Assembly: GCA_964575345.1 (NCBI GenBank)
Contig: CAZNQD010000004.1
Span: forward strand, 7,325-71,324
Length of the DNA: 64,000 nt
Reading direction: 5' to 3'
Origin: an uncultured Bacteroidales bacterium
GTDB taxonomy: Bacteria; Bacteroidota; Bacteroidia; Bacteroidales; UBA1402
The notes under the pieces are model-generated. The model was not told the DNA's origin. It made no database searches and saw only the letters and a list, made by a program, of their open reading frames with translations. Within the stretch, counting starts at the first letter, position 1; every line of letters starts with the position of its first letter. Below, in pieces: positions 17,354 to 26,511 of the stretch. Both the position numbers and the translations under genes were made by a program.

Positions 17354-20197
17354 TTATTCACGGATCAATTTTTCGACCCCCGAAATTTGCTCATTGACTA
17401 TGCTGATAATATACATTCCCTGAGTATATTCATCCAGTGAGAATTCAAAACGATTGTCTTCAGCACTCAGGTATTTGGTTTGTCTGTGCAGAATTTGTCC
17501 GGTCATAGACGAGATACAAATAGTCGTTTCCCCTTCTATGCCGGAAGTTTCCAGCACAAAACCCGAAGTAGAGGGATCGGGGAACAAACTGAAGCTGCTG
17601 GTCATTTCCTGCCCGGCAAGGCCGGTCTGTCCATTGATCTGCAAACTGCTTCCGGCCGATTCTCCACAACAATTTACAGCTTTGACCGAAATAGTGCCGG
17701 AGCCCATATAAGGAATATTTAAGCTCAGGCTATGACCCTGAACTGTTTTTTCCCAATAGGGAGGCAATACCGTCCAGATATAAAAACTGGCATTCGGAAC
17801 AGGCTTAATGGTATATGTATAATTACCGGCCACCACCACCAGGCTGTCACCATAAATCGGGCCGGGATCATCGGGCGGAGCACAAACTGCCAGATTCAGA
17901 CGAAGGATGCTGTCACAACCCCATTGATTCCGCAAAGTATCTGTATAAAAAAATGTGCCCGTTTCCTGGTGCGGTGCCAGATTAAATCCGTTTCCTGCGT
18001 AGGACTCACCGATACAGACACTGTCTGACAGGTCAACATAATTGCGTGATAACAGCTCCAATCTAAGAATCTGCAGGGTATCGGGCGCTGATTCTGCATA
18101 AATAGTGTCGCAGTAAATACCCGCCTCGGTAATCAACTGCCCTCCAAAGCTGTAAGCATCGCCCTGACAAAGAATAATGCTCAAACTGTCAACAATTAGT
18201 TCATTGTAGTGTCTGGCAAGTACAACTTCGTAAGACATAAGCTCATTTGAGGGGTTGTTATCCAGAATATGCAGGTAATTAACAGCCATCGGATCCGTGG
18301 TTTTGGCCCCTGGAGCTGAACTCAGCCAGACATTCCTTGCCGGCAATTCCATGTCATCTTCCATGCGTTTCACAGACACAACTTTAGCATGGCCGTCCAA
18401 ACCGGGATGAGCCGTCCTGAAATAATTCCAGCCTTCATGAGCCGGAAACAAATTGAAGATCAATAGACTGTCCGCATCCCAGGGGCTGATGATAAAGTTT
18501 AAACTATCTGCTGCGTACACAGGGAAGTGTAAACCTTGGGAAAGAATCAGAGAATCCGGCCAATGCAGGCTATCACGACGACTATTGACCAAAAAGTCGC
18601 TTTGGTTATCGTCCAGTTCATCGTAAGCCTGCACCAGTCTGTATAAAGGATGTAATTCAGTAACAGTTAACAACGCAGTGTCGGGATGTTTAAAGGGGTC
18701 CTCATGCAGCGTATTGAAATGAAAAGAATCAATAAGAGCCGGAGCATTGCCCTTGAACCACCATATAAAACTACGACTTTGTCCGGGAGCCAGACTGTCA
18801 ATTAATATACTGTCGCCGGAGATGGGCAACATGTTGTTGTTGTTATGCTCCCATCCCGGAAGCAGCGACAGCCCGCCCGGGGTATTGTTGACAGGATGAG
18901 CCAGACTGATTTCCCTGGCCGTACCCGAACCCCGGTTTTCAATTATCAAACCCAAAGGGACATAATGCTCAGTCGTACTTGAACTATCTCCGGGGGGCAA
19001 ACCTGTTTCAGACTTATAGGGCAAAAAATAACTAAGTTTGCACAAGGGAGAAGCTTCCGGATAAATGCGCATAGGATACAGCAAATTTGTAACTGCCTGT
19101 CCGCTGAGCCTGTCCACGTACAAGAAGCGTCCTCCCAGCAAATACGGACCAAGGTAATCCGCCGATTCCTGAGGTTTTGCGAAAATCCGGAGCAGGGCCA
19201 TATTATTGGAGGCAGTTCCCACGCTGTCCGGCACATAATAATTAATATCAAAATAGTTATTGCAGCTATTACCCAAGCTGTCCCTGAGTTCAATTTCCAG
19301 TTGTATTTGCTCCAGGATTGAAGAATCCTGCATATTATATAAGTTTAGAGCTGCATCAATACAAGCCCTTTGCATGCTCAGCCTTTGTTGAAAGATTTCG
19401 GAAACTTCGCTGCTGTCCGATTCAGTTTCCAGGCTGAAACTGAGTTGAAGTTCATCAAAGGCCCGGGCGGGGAAATAATAGCTGCCTCCGGCAATAATAG
19501 TATCGGCAGCAGCCTGCTCCTCGGTATTCATTGTTATACTTCCCTGAATACAGACATCATCCACACAAAACGTTCCCATGGTACTTTCTGCACTCCATCC
19601 GTATAAACGGAAAACCAGTGTATCCGGTCCTGTAGCGGACAGGCCATCAGTACTATAAACAGTGCCTGAAGTCGTTAAGGTCATGTCTTTCAATTCAAGG
19701 CTATGATCTTCCAAAACAAGGATCTTATCGTCCTGTTTATCGTAAACAAAGGACAAATTTGCCGAGAACTGGTCCCTGTCGGTTCTGACGGCGCAGCGCC
19801 TTATTCCGGTTCCTGAGCGCTCAATCAACAAGGATATCCTGTCAATATGCAAAGAGTAAGACGGAAGAACAGAGATACTGAACTCGTAATATTGGTTAAG
19901 ATCAATAACTCCCGTTGCAGGCAGGCTGTCAATCTCTGCCCTTGGCCAGGATTTAAACGAAAAACTCCCACTGGAACTGGGGTCTGTTGCCATACCCCAT
20001 ACAGAATTTTCAGCCACAGCCTTGAACGGAGACAACTGCAGGCCTTCCTGCTCAGGTGGAGGAGTCGGATCTGTCCGGCCTCCGCTGCCTTTGTTTACTA
20101 CATCAAAAGTATAAGTGAGTGAAAAGCTTTCCTGAGCGCTCATGGTTGCACTCAGGACGAAAAGGCTCAGAAATAAAACGATATATCTAAATACCAT
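17354..20197 (-). CDS. Acidic multidomain T9SS-secreted protein (type A C-terminal sorting domain)
   Basis: Signal peptide; C-terminal SLFPDPST...G.Y...I......K-type CTD; PKD-like module (GPIYG...YTYTI..V.NA..Y.W); two C.G..Y..G...TG....DT...GCDS-type modules; own -7 element TAAATTTG at 20292-20299; start could be 20248. Confidence 0.8.
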   Translation of the reverse strand: MVFRYIVLFLSLFVLSATMSAQESFSLTYTFDVVNKGSGGRTDPTPPPEQEGLQLSPFKAVAENSVWGMATDPSSSGSFSFKSWPRAEIDSLPATGVIDLNQYYEFSISVLPSYSLHIDRISLLIERSGTGIRRCAVRTDRDQFSANLSFVYDKQDDKILVLEDHSLELKDMTLTTSGTVYSTDGLSATGPDTLVFRLYGWSAESTMGTFCVDDVCIQGSITMNTEEQAAADTIIAGGSYYFPARAFDELQLSFSLETESDSSEVSEIFQQRLSMQRACIDAALNLYNMQDSSILEQIQLEIELRDSLGNSCNNYFDINYYVPDSVGTASNNMALLRIFAKPQESADYLGPYLLGGRFLYVDRLSGQAVTNLLYPMRIYPEASPLCKLSYFLPYKSETGLPPGDSSSTTEHYVPLGLIIENRGSGTAREISLAHPVNNTPGGLSLLPGWEHNNNNMLPISGDSILIDSLAPGQSRSFIWWFKGNAPALIDSFHFNTLHEDPFKHPDTALLTVTELHPLYRLVQAYDELDDNQSDFLVNSRRDSLHWPDSLILSQGLHFPVYAADSLNFIISPWDADSLLIFNLFPAHEGWNYFRTAHPGLDGHAKVVSVKRMEDDMELPARNVWLSSAPGAKTTDPMAVNYLHILDNNPSNELMSYEVVLARHYNELIVDSLSIILCQGDAYSFGGQLITEAGIYCDTIYAESAPDTLQILRLELLSRNYVDLSDSVCIGESYAGNGFNLAPHQETGTFFYTDTLRNQWGCDSILRLNLAVCAPPDDPGPIYGDSLVVVAGNYTYTIKPVPNASFYIWTVLPPYWEKTVQGHSLSLNIPYMGSGTISVKAVNCCGESAGSSLQINGQTGLAGQEMTSSFSLFPDPSTSGFVLETSGIEGETTICISSMTGQILHRQTKYLSAEDNRFEFSLDEYTQGMYIISIVNEQISGVEKLIRE

Positions 20198-20374
20198 ACA
20201 ATTGACAAAGAGCCTTTTATAAAGATAATAAAGATTTGTGTTTTTCATTTTAAAAGCGTATTAATGGTTTTCTATTAATTATTATATAGCGCAAATTTAA
20301 CATTAATACGGGCACCAAACAAACTTTTTTAAATTAATTCTGTTAAATAAAATCGTTAAAAAATGGCAGGCTGT

Positions 20375-21427
20375 TTAAAAGGAACGCAATTCATTGGCTG
20401 CCAGCATATGAACAAAACAGCTACGAATTTCCTTCAAGGGAAGAGGAAGATTCCAGTCCTGTATAAGCTCTTCGATCAAATCGAGAGCCGGAGGGATGCT
20501 TTCCTTAAAACCCGGTTTGTGTTCCACTACACCTCTGAAGCCGAAAGCTCCTAAGGCCTGCATTAGGCGCAGCAAAACCGCTGCATGAAAATAATGAAGG
20601 AAAGCCCCGGCCCCGATGGACGTTTTTGTTTCCAGCAACGATACATAATACTTCAGCAATTCTACCCGCACATTCCTGGGTAAATACGACTTGGCATCGT
20701 ACAACAGCGAAGCAGGGTCGTATTGCAATAAACCCCTGCGTCCTCCTTGAAAATCAATAAAATAGGGCTCATCCCCCATCACCATAATATTGGCCGTCTG
20801 GAAATCACGAAACAAAAAATAGTCCGAAGGAGCTGTCTGTAAAAAATCGACCAGGCTGCGAAAATCATTTTCCAGGGCCTGCTCATCAAAAGGGATTCTA
20901 AGTAAACGCAAAAAGAAATACTTAAAATAATTCAGATCCCAATGCATGGCATCCCTGTGAAAAGAATCACTGGGCGTAGATTTGGAATAATCAATGCAGT
21001 CTTTTCCGGCCAATTGCATATCCAGCAGACAACTCAGGCTCTTTTTATACAAATGGATAAGACTATCAGGGAAAAAGGCCGCCGGTTTATCTTTGACAGG
21101 AAACCATTCTGAATTCAAAAGGCCGAACAAGCTTTGATCGCCTAAATCCTGCTGCAAATAAACACAGCCCATGGGGTCTGTTGCATAAATTTGGGGCACA
21201 GGCAGGCCGGCCTGATAAAAGGATTGAGCAAATGAAACAAAGGCGGCATTTTCCCCGGGATCGGCATTCCAGGCCCCAATCAGGCTGGCAGGAGCGGGTG
21301 TCGGCATATAAATGCGATAATACTGACGATACGATCCGCAGGCCGGTATTTCCCGCAATTCAAGCATTTCCAGGCCAAATCGTTGTTTACACAAACGAGC
21401 CAGTCTTATTTCAATCTTCTCTTCCAT
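20375..21427 (-). CDS. APH-family phosphotransferase, AmgK-like anomeric MurNAc/GlcNAc kinase candidate
   Basis: GSYRQYYR, YLQQDLGD.SL, FRDFQ..NIM, FIDFQGGR.G..QYD.ASLL.D, L.QALGAFGF.G; -7 element TATTTTTG at 21459-21466. Confidence 0.8.
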   Translation of the reverse strand: MEEKIEIRLARLCKQRFGLEMLELREIPACGSYRQYYRIYMPTPAPASLIGAWNADPGENAAFVSFAQSFYQAGLPVPQIYATDPMGCVYLQQDLGDQSLFGLLNSEWFPVKDKPAAFFPDSLIHLYKKSLSCLLDMQLAGKDCIDYSKSTPSDSFHRDAMHWDLNYFKYFFLRLLRIPFDEQALENDFRSLVDFLQTAPSDYFLFRDFQTANIMVMGDEPYFIDFQGGRRGLLQYDPASLLYDAKSYLPRNVRVELLKYYVSLLETKTSIGAGAFLHYFHAAVLLRLMQALGAFGFRGVVEHKPGFKESIPPALDLIEELIQDWNLPLPLKEIRSCFVHMLAANELRSF

Positions 21428-21499
21428 AATTAGTAGTTCAGGGAGCCTCCTCCGGCAGCAAAAATAACTATTTTTCCGAGCGAAAAAGCAGCCTGTGCT

Positions 21500-22693
21500 T
21501 TATTTGAAAAAAACCAGACTGTTGGGATTCAAGCCGACACTCATGAATCTAAACTTTAAATTCCCCTCTGCAGAAAAACACAAACAATCCCCCCAGAGGG
21601 TATAATCGTAGGCATCGCTGATATACACATCGCCGGAATAAGGATTCACTTTTATGGTATAGGGCCGTGTGACAGGAGTTCCGTCTGTTATGAATTGATC
21701 CGAAATTATCGTTTCTGTCAGGCAATCAAAGACTTTTACAGAGTTTTGTCCTCCTTGTACCGAATAATGGTAGATATAGGCAGTGTCGTTGTGTATAGCC
21801 AGATTCCAGGCCGGAATGTCCTGAAATTCCTGTACAACCGAATCAAGCTGACTATCTATCCGGCATAAACTAAAAGGAATATCCAGTAAATTACCCCTGA
21901 GTACCACGTAAATATCGCCCTGGCTGTCCACCTGCATGAGGTAAGGATTGAGCCCTGTTTCTATTCTTTTTATTTCACGAAAGCTGAGCGGATCGACCAC
22001 CGAGATACTGCTGTCAAAATTGGGATTATCCAGGCCGCCGGAGTTGGATACATAAATTTTATTGTTCACTACGCAGATTCCGTCCGGATTCCGTCCGCAA
22101 TACACATAATCTTCTACCTCCAGGCTGGCGGTATCGATTCTGGAAAGGCTGCCGTCAAAAGAACAGACATAGGCTTTGCCGTCCACAAAATCAATATAGC
22201 GAGGCTGTCTGGCCCGCTGATTTTCATCAAATAAGGGAATGCGCTTTATTGACAATCCGCTGTGTAGGTCCAGAACCTCAATTTGCGAAGACAGGCTCAC
22301 TACAATATAAAGTTTGGATCCATAGGCCTTCATATCGTTTCCGGTATCGCCCAAACCTCTCTTGTTTAGCAATCTGAACATATTCTTATTCAAGCTTTTC
22401 TGTTCAAAAGAATAATAAGCCAGGGTGGAATTGTTTAAATTCATCAGGCCTTCGGACAAAATCCAGAGTCCACGGCAAGCACCCTGAGCCAGGCCCGGCA
22501 AATCGCCGGTACTTTCGGGTTGATCTTCCAATTCACACGAAGTCGTCAGCAAGGCAGTCAACAAGATCAATCCCAATGCACCAAGTTTGGCAAATACCGC
22601 CAAAGCAGCTGACAGAAATCTTTGTTTACCAATTAAAAATAATCTTCGCTCTGAAAGAACGTCCCGGCATAGGATAATTTCGAATGATTTCAT
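21500..22693 (-). CDS. btuG: BtuG-like surface beta-propeller lipoprotein (B12 capture; DUF5074/YncE family)
   Basis: Lipobox LTTSC followed by acidic ELED; SEG....NNSTL.YY, LGDTGND, PRYI, NPDGI, P..I.V.P.SGD.Y.SDA.DY...G motifs; downstream of btuB. True start probably 3' of 22693. Confidence 0.8.
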   Translation of the reverse strand: MKSFEIILCRDVLSERRLFLIGKQRFLSAALAVFAKLGALGLILLTALLTTSCELEDQPESTGDLPGLAQGACRGLWILSEGLMNLNNSTLAYYSFEQKSLNKNMFRLLNKRGLGDTGNDMKAYGSKLYIVVSLSSQIEVLDLHSGLSIKRIPLFDENQRARQPRYIDFVDGKAYVCSFDGSLSRIDTASLEVEDYVYCGRNPDGICVVNNKIYVSNSGGLDNPNFDSSISVVDPLSFREIKRIETGLNPYLMQVDSQGDIYVVLRGNLLDIPFSLCRIDSQLDSVVQEFQDIPAWNLAIHNDTAYIYHYSVQGGQNSVKVFDCLTETIISDQFITDGTPVTRPYTIKVNPYSGDVYISDAYDYTLWGDCLCFSAEGNLKFRFMSVGLNPNSLVFFK

Positions 22694-24677
22694 ATTGTTT
22701 TCCTGTTATGTTTAATACTTCAGCTCCCAGTGTCATTTTGGTCTTAACCAAATTAAATGACCTGTTGAGCGAGATCCCCTGATCGGTATAGGCCGGCATA
22801 CGATTCAGGGCATAATTCTCGAAGCCCGAGTAGCGAATGCCCGAATACAGCAGGTTGTACGAGAATTGCCAGTCAAAGGCATGCAAGAGTAAAACGCCCG
22901 ATCCGCTGTGCCTGGGCGTATAAGGCAATTGATGTCCGTAAGCCCTGCTTTCGGGATCGGTCACATTCAAAACCGACTGCAGGGTATAGCTCGCTTTAAG
23001 AGCAAGGGCAATGTTCTTATTCAAAGAGCAATCCCAATCCAGGCTCAAATCCAGGCCTTTTATGCTGACTTCTCCCAGATTCAGCATAGTCCATACAAAA
23101 ACATTTTGCGTAGGATAGGCCACAATTTTGTTTTCTACCCGGTTGGCATACACATCCAGGCTAAGGCTGAGTTCCCGGCCGATTGGCGGACTTATACTCA
23201 GGCTGGTACCCAGGTCCAGCTGCCGGGTATTTTCGGGAATCAGATCGGGGTTACCGATGCGACCATAATACAAATCGTTGAAACTGGGCATTCTGAATAT
23301 GGACTTATAGAAAGCCCTCAGATACCAGCGCAGTTTTTCTACAGGCCTCAGCGACACCGAAACCGAGGGTGTAAGCTTGCTGTAACCGGCTCCCTGAGGC
23401 CCCGCCCCTGTTTCTTCCATAATCCGGCATAAAAGCAGGTTACCACTCAGATTCCAGGCACCTGCCGATGCTTTCCCGGCCAGCACCGTGTAAAAACTCA
23501 GGCGCTGAGGACGGTTTGCAAGAAACTCTTCAGAAAAAAGCTTCTGCATGCTTAAATCCTGCGACAAGACCAGGCTGAACGCCGATTTGGGTTTATATTG
23601 CAAAGCTCCGCTCAGATACGACTCAGTCTGCCAATACTCGCTTTCATCCCGGCCGTCGGAATTCAAAAAGGAAGGATCGAGATAACGGGAATAACTGCCG
23701 TTTATTTTGGCGTCCAATCGCAGGCTCCAATGCGGATGTAAAAGGCTTTTGTAATGCCCCTGTATAAAAGTTTGCTTATCCCGGAGCCTTTGACCCGAAG
23801 AATTCCCGCTGTTATAATAGATACCTGCTCCGGGCAAGCCCCGCTCCGATTGGTTGTAATATAATTTAATCGTGGCCTCTGAACCTTTGGTATTACGCCA
23901 GTACCAGGAGGGCTCCAGTCTGAACTGGCGAATATCCGAATTCAGGCGACGTTCTCTGCTGACCAAGTCTTCCCGGGAGCCATAGTACATTAAATAGGGA
24001 TAATCCCCGCAGGATTGCAAATAGTAAACATCCAGGCTGACAGATTGCTGATTTCTGAGCTTATGTTGCAGCAACAAAGAGGGATTCAACAGGCCAAAAG
24101 AACCGCCTTGAAACCTCAGTCGCAGGTTTTGATTTTTATCGCGGGCAAAACGGGGTTTCAGGCTTTGGAGCTGCAAGAGGCCGGCGGAAGCGAACAAACG
24201 GGCAGGTTGAAATATATCTTCGGTTTGCCCGGTACTCAGGCTTATGCTTTCCAGGGCATCCAGAGAAAAACGCCCCAGATCGATCTGCCCGTTTTGTACA
24301 TCTGTCACCGGCAATCCATCGTAGGAAAGAGCCGTATGATTTGCACCCAGGCTGCGGACAGAAATGGTTTTGAGTCCGCCCAATCCACCGTAATCCTTGA
24401 CACTTACACCGGTAAAAAATTTCATGGCATCCGCTGCCTGCAAAAACGGCAGTGCCTGGAAAAAGCTGCTGTCCATTTCCTGAACCAGTTTGCCCTTTTG
24501 TACTTTTGCTTCAGATTCCCGGCCCAATACGATAATATCCCCGATGGTATAATCCTGAGCAACAGGCTCGGTATAGGCGTATAAGTCTGCACTCGCAGTC
24601 TGAACAGCAAACAGGCTCATTAATAAGCTTATCAACAAAAGCTTAAACACAAAGGCCAAACTAAGTGGTTTTTTCAT
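22626..24677 (-). CDS. btuB: TonB-dependent cobalamin receptor
   Basis: Plug motifs (DYGGLGGLKTISVRSLGA.HT.L.YDG.P..D.Q.GQIDL), GNPDL.PE, YPMPGRSF, terminal aromatic W; cobalamin riboswitch upstream. Confidence 0.9.
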   Translation of the reverse strand: MKKPLSLAFVFKLLLISLLMSLFAVQTASADLYAYTEPVAQDYTIGDIIVLGRESEAKVQKGKLVQEMDSSFFQALPFLQAADAMKFFTGVSVKDYGGLGGLKTISVRSLGANHTALSYDGLPVTDVQNGQIDLGRFSLDALESISLSTGQTEDIFQPARLFASAGLLQLQSLKPRFARDKNQNLRLRFQGGSFGLLNPSLLLQHKLRNQQSVSLDVYYLQSCGDYPYLMYYGSREDLVSRERRLNSDIRQFRLEPSWYWRNTKGSEATIKLYYNQSERGLPGAGIYYNSGNSSGQRLRDKQTFIQGHYKSLLHPHWSLRLDAKINGSYSRYLDPSFLNSDGRDESEYWQTESYLSGALQYKPKSAFSLVLSQDLSMQKLFSEEFLANRPQRLSFYTVLAGKASAGAWNLSGNLLLCRIMEETGAGPQGAGYSKLTPSVSVSLRPVEKLRWYLRAFYKSIFRMPSFNDLYYGRIGNPDLIPENTRQLDLGTSLSISPPIGRELSLSLDVYANRVENKIVAYPTQNVFVWTMLNLGEVSIKGLDLSLDWDCSLNKNIALALKASYTLQSVLNVTDPESRAYGHQLPYTPRHSGSGVLLLHAFDWQFSYNLLYSGIRYSGFENYALNRMPAYTDQGISLNRSFNLVKTKMTLGAEVLNITGKQYEIIRNYPMPGRSFRAKIIFNW

Positions 24678-24801
24678 CTCGCGGCAAATTCAGCGATCCT
24701 GCGTCGCTTTTGGTTAGTGCCGTAAAAATGAGGAGAACCGGAGTAAAGGGTAAAATATCCTTATGCTCAGCTTTTCCTCGAAAGCTTTTTGACGGCATGT
24801 C

Positions 24802-24957
24802 CTGCAAACAGGTTTTCTGACTTGGTCTGTCTTCACGGCCTTCCCATCCATAAGCATAGACAGTGGCCTTGAGCGGAATAAAAGTCGGGCTGAGCCTGAC
24901 TCCGGCCTTACAGCAGCGGGACTGTTCCGGATTTGCACCGGATTCCCTTTTTTGCAG
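24802..24957 (-). ncRNA. Cobalamin riboswitch
   Basis: AGGGAAUCCGGUGCAAAUCCGGAACAGUCCCGCUGCUGUAA ... GCCACUG ... UGGGAAGGC ... AAGUCAGAAAACCUG (B12 box); -7 element TATTTTTG at 24961-24968. Confidence 0.93.
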
Positions 24958-25013
24958 CAGCAAAAATACGGTATTTATTTATGGAATACTATATTTTACG
25001 ATAAAAAGATTGC

Positions 25014-26510
25014 TCAATGCATTACCGCCTGAACAGCATCGCCTTTGAGGCTGCGGGCAAATTTCCGGGGAGAAATACTGACAGGTTCTTTCATAAATTC
25101 CGGAATGTTGTAGGATTTCATAAAGCCCAGGTGAAAATCAGGATCCTTTTGGGGCAAAATAAAAGGTTTCCCTGCCCTGCCCTGTTCATCGAAATAGGCA
25201 AGGTAGGGACGGGTGTATGAACCATCGTCCCTGCGGCTGCTAAATACGATCCAGCGCCCGTTCGACGACCAGGAATGATAACTTTCGGTATCCTTGCTGT
25301 TTAGTTCTTCGAGTGATCTTATGGTGTTGTTCTGAAAATCCAGCAAATACAGATCGCTGTTTTTGTGCCAGATGTGGAAAGTACCGTATTCGGCCATGGA
25401 AAACAACAGATACCTGCCGTCGGGAGAGACCCTGGGCAACAAAGCACTCATTCCGATGGATCCGGCATCAACCAATAAACGCGGCTCTCCAAAGTTGCGC
25501 TGTTCGATATCGAAGCTCATAGAATAAATATTGTATTTCACCTCCTGATAATAAGTAGCCAAATCACTTTCACGGTCTCCGGTCTTGCTTTCAAAGCGGG
25601 CGGAAGAGTAATACAAAGTCTTGCCGTCGGGCGACCAGGAAGGAAAAGTTTCCAGGGCGACACTGTCGTTCTGTATTATACTTACCTGATTTTTTGTTAT
25701 ATCGTACAGAATCAAATCGGAATTCCGGTCCAACACTTCCACTTTCTGGATGTCTTTGGAATGAAACAGCTGGTTGGTGTTGTTCACCGAATAGGCAATC
25801 AGTTTTTCGAAAGGATGCCAGGCCGGGTAAACTCCGGCAGAGATCAGTTGATCGGTTTTGAGATTAACTTTTTGGGGTACCCCGTCGCTGACAATAAGGG
25901 TTCCGGCGTGGTGAGCCCGGGCATGAAACTGCATATTGTCGGTTTGGTAATTCTGATAAGAATGGCAATTGATGCATTGAAAATCTTCTTTTTCGGAAAC
26001 CAGATTATTGTTATATATGTCTTTTTCCCAAAAACTGCCCAAATGCCGTTGCCGTATACAGAGATTCTCGTATAAAACATACGAAGGCTCAATCAGGCGA
26101 TAAGAAAGGTACCCGTCAATAGAATCAGCGGCTATGGTATTGCTGAAAGGTTTATAGCGCTTCCATTCTCCGTCTTTTTGAGCATATACTTCAATCGAAT
26201 ATTTTCCGGACTTGTTGGCCTCCAGCAGGGCTTGCCACTTTTTTATAGGAATCAAGACTTTAGGGCCTTTCAGTACAAGAGAATTACCCTGCTCTCCCTG
26301 GATCCTGACCAGTATCTTTTCGGCAGGGACATCGACTTTAAAATTCAAAGGGGCGATATTACAGGGAATAATCAGATTCCTGTAATCCGGACTGATTTTA
26401 ACTTCTTCGCCGAGCTCGGCACAATCAACGGGCAGAGTCGGACTACATGACCACATCATGGCCACGATAAAGGGCACTGCCCATAAGCGGTATAAAAACG
26501 TTGAAATCAT
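25014..26510 (-). CDS. TolB-like/PD40 beta-propeller lipoprotein with a CXXCH motif
   Basis: Lipobox MMWSC; repeats YPAWHP, FPSWSPDG, PRVSPDG, SYHSWSSNGRW; CINCH at 25962-25976. Confidence 0.8.
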   Translation of the reverse strand: MISTFLYRLWAVPFIVAMMWSCSPTLPVDCAELGEEVKISPDYRNLIIPCNIAPLNFKVDVPAEKILVRIQGEQGNSLVLKGPKVLIPIKKWQALLEANKSGKYSIEVYAQKDGEWKRYKPFSNTIAADSIDGYLSYRLIEPSYVLYENLCIRQRHLGSFWEKDIYNNNLVSEKEDFQCINCHSYQNYQTDNMQFHARAHHAGTLIVSDGVPQKVNLKTDQLISAGVYPAWHPFEKLIAYSVNNTNQLFHSKDIQKVEVLDRNSDLILYDITKNQVSIIQNDSVALETFPSWSPDGKTLYYSSARFESKTGDRESDLATYYQEVKYNIYSMSFDIEQRNFGEPRLLVDAGSIGMSALLPRVSPDGRYLLFSMAEYGTFHIWHKNSDLYLLDFQNNTIRSLEELNSKDTESYHSWSSNGRWIVFSSRRDDGSYTRPYLAYFDEQGRAGKPFILPQKDPDFHLGFMKSYNIPEFMKEPVSISPRKFARSLKGDAVQAVMH

Positions 26511-26511
26511 C

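Noticed and set aside
24661-24963. 100-aa and 74-aa ORFs upstream of btuB
   Set aside because: They overlap the cobalamin riboswitch and have no coding features.
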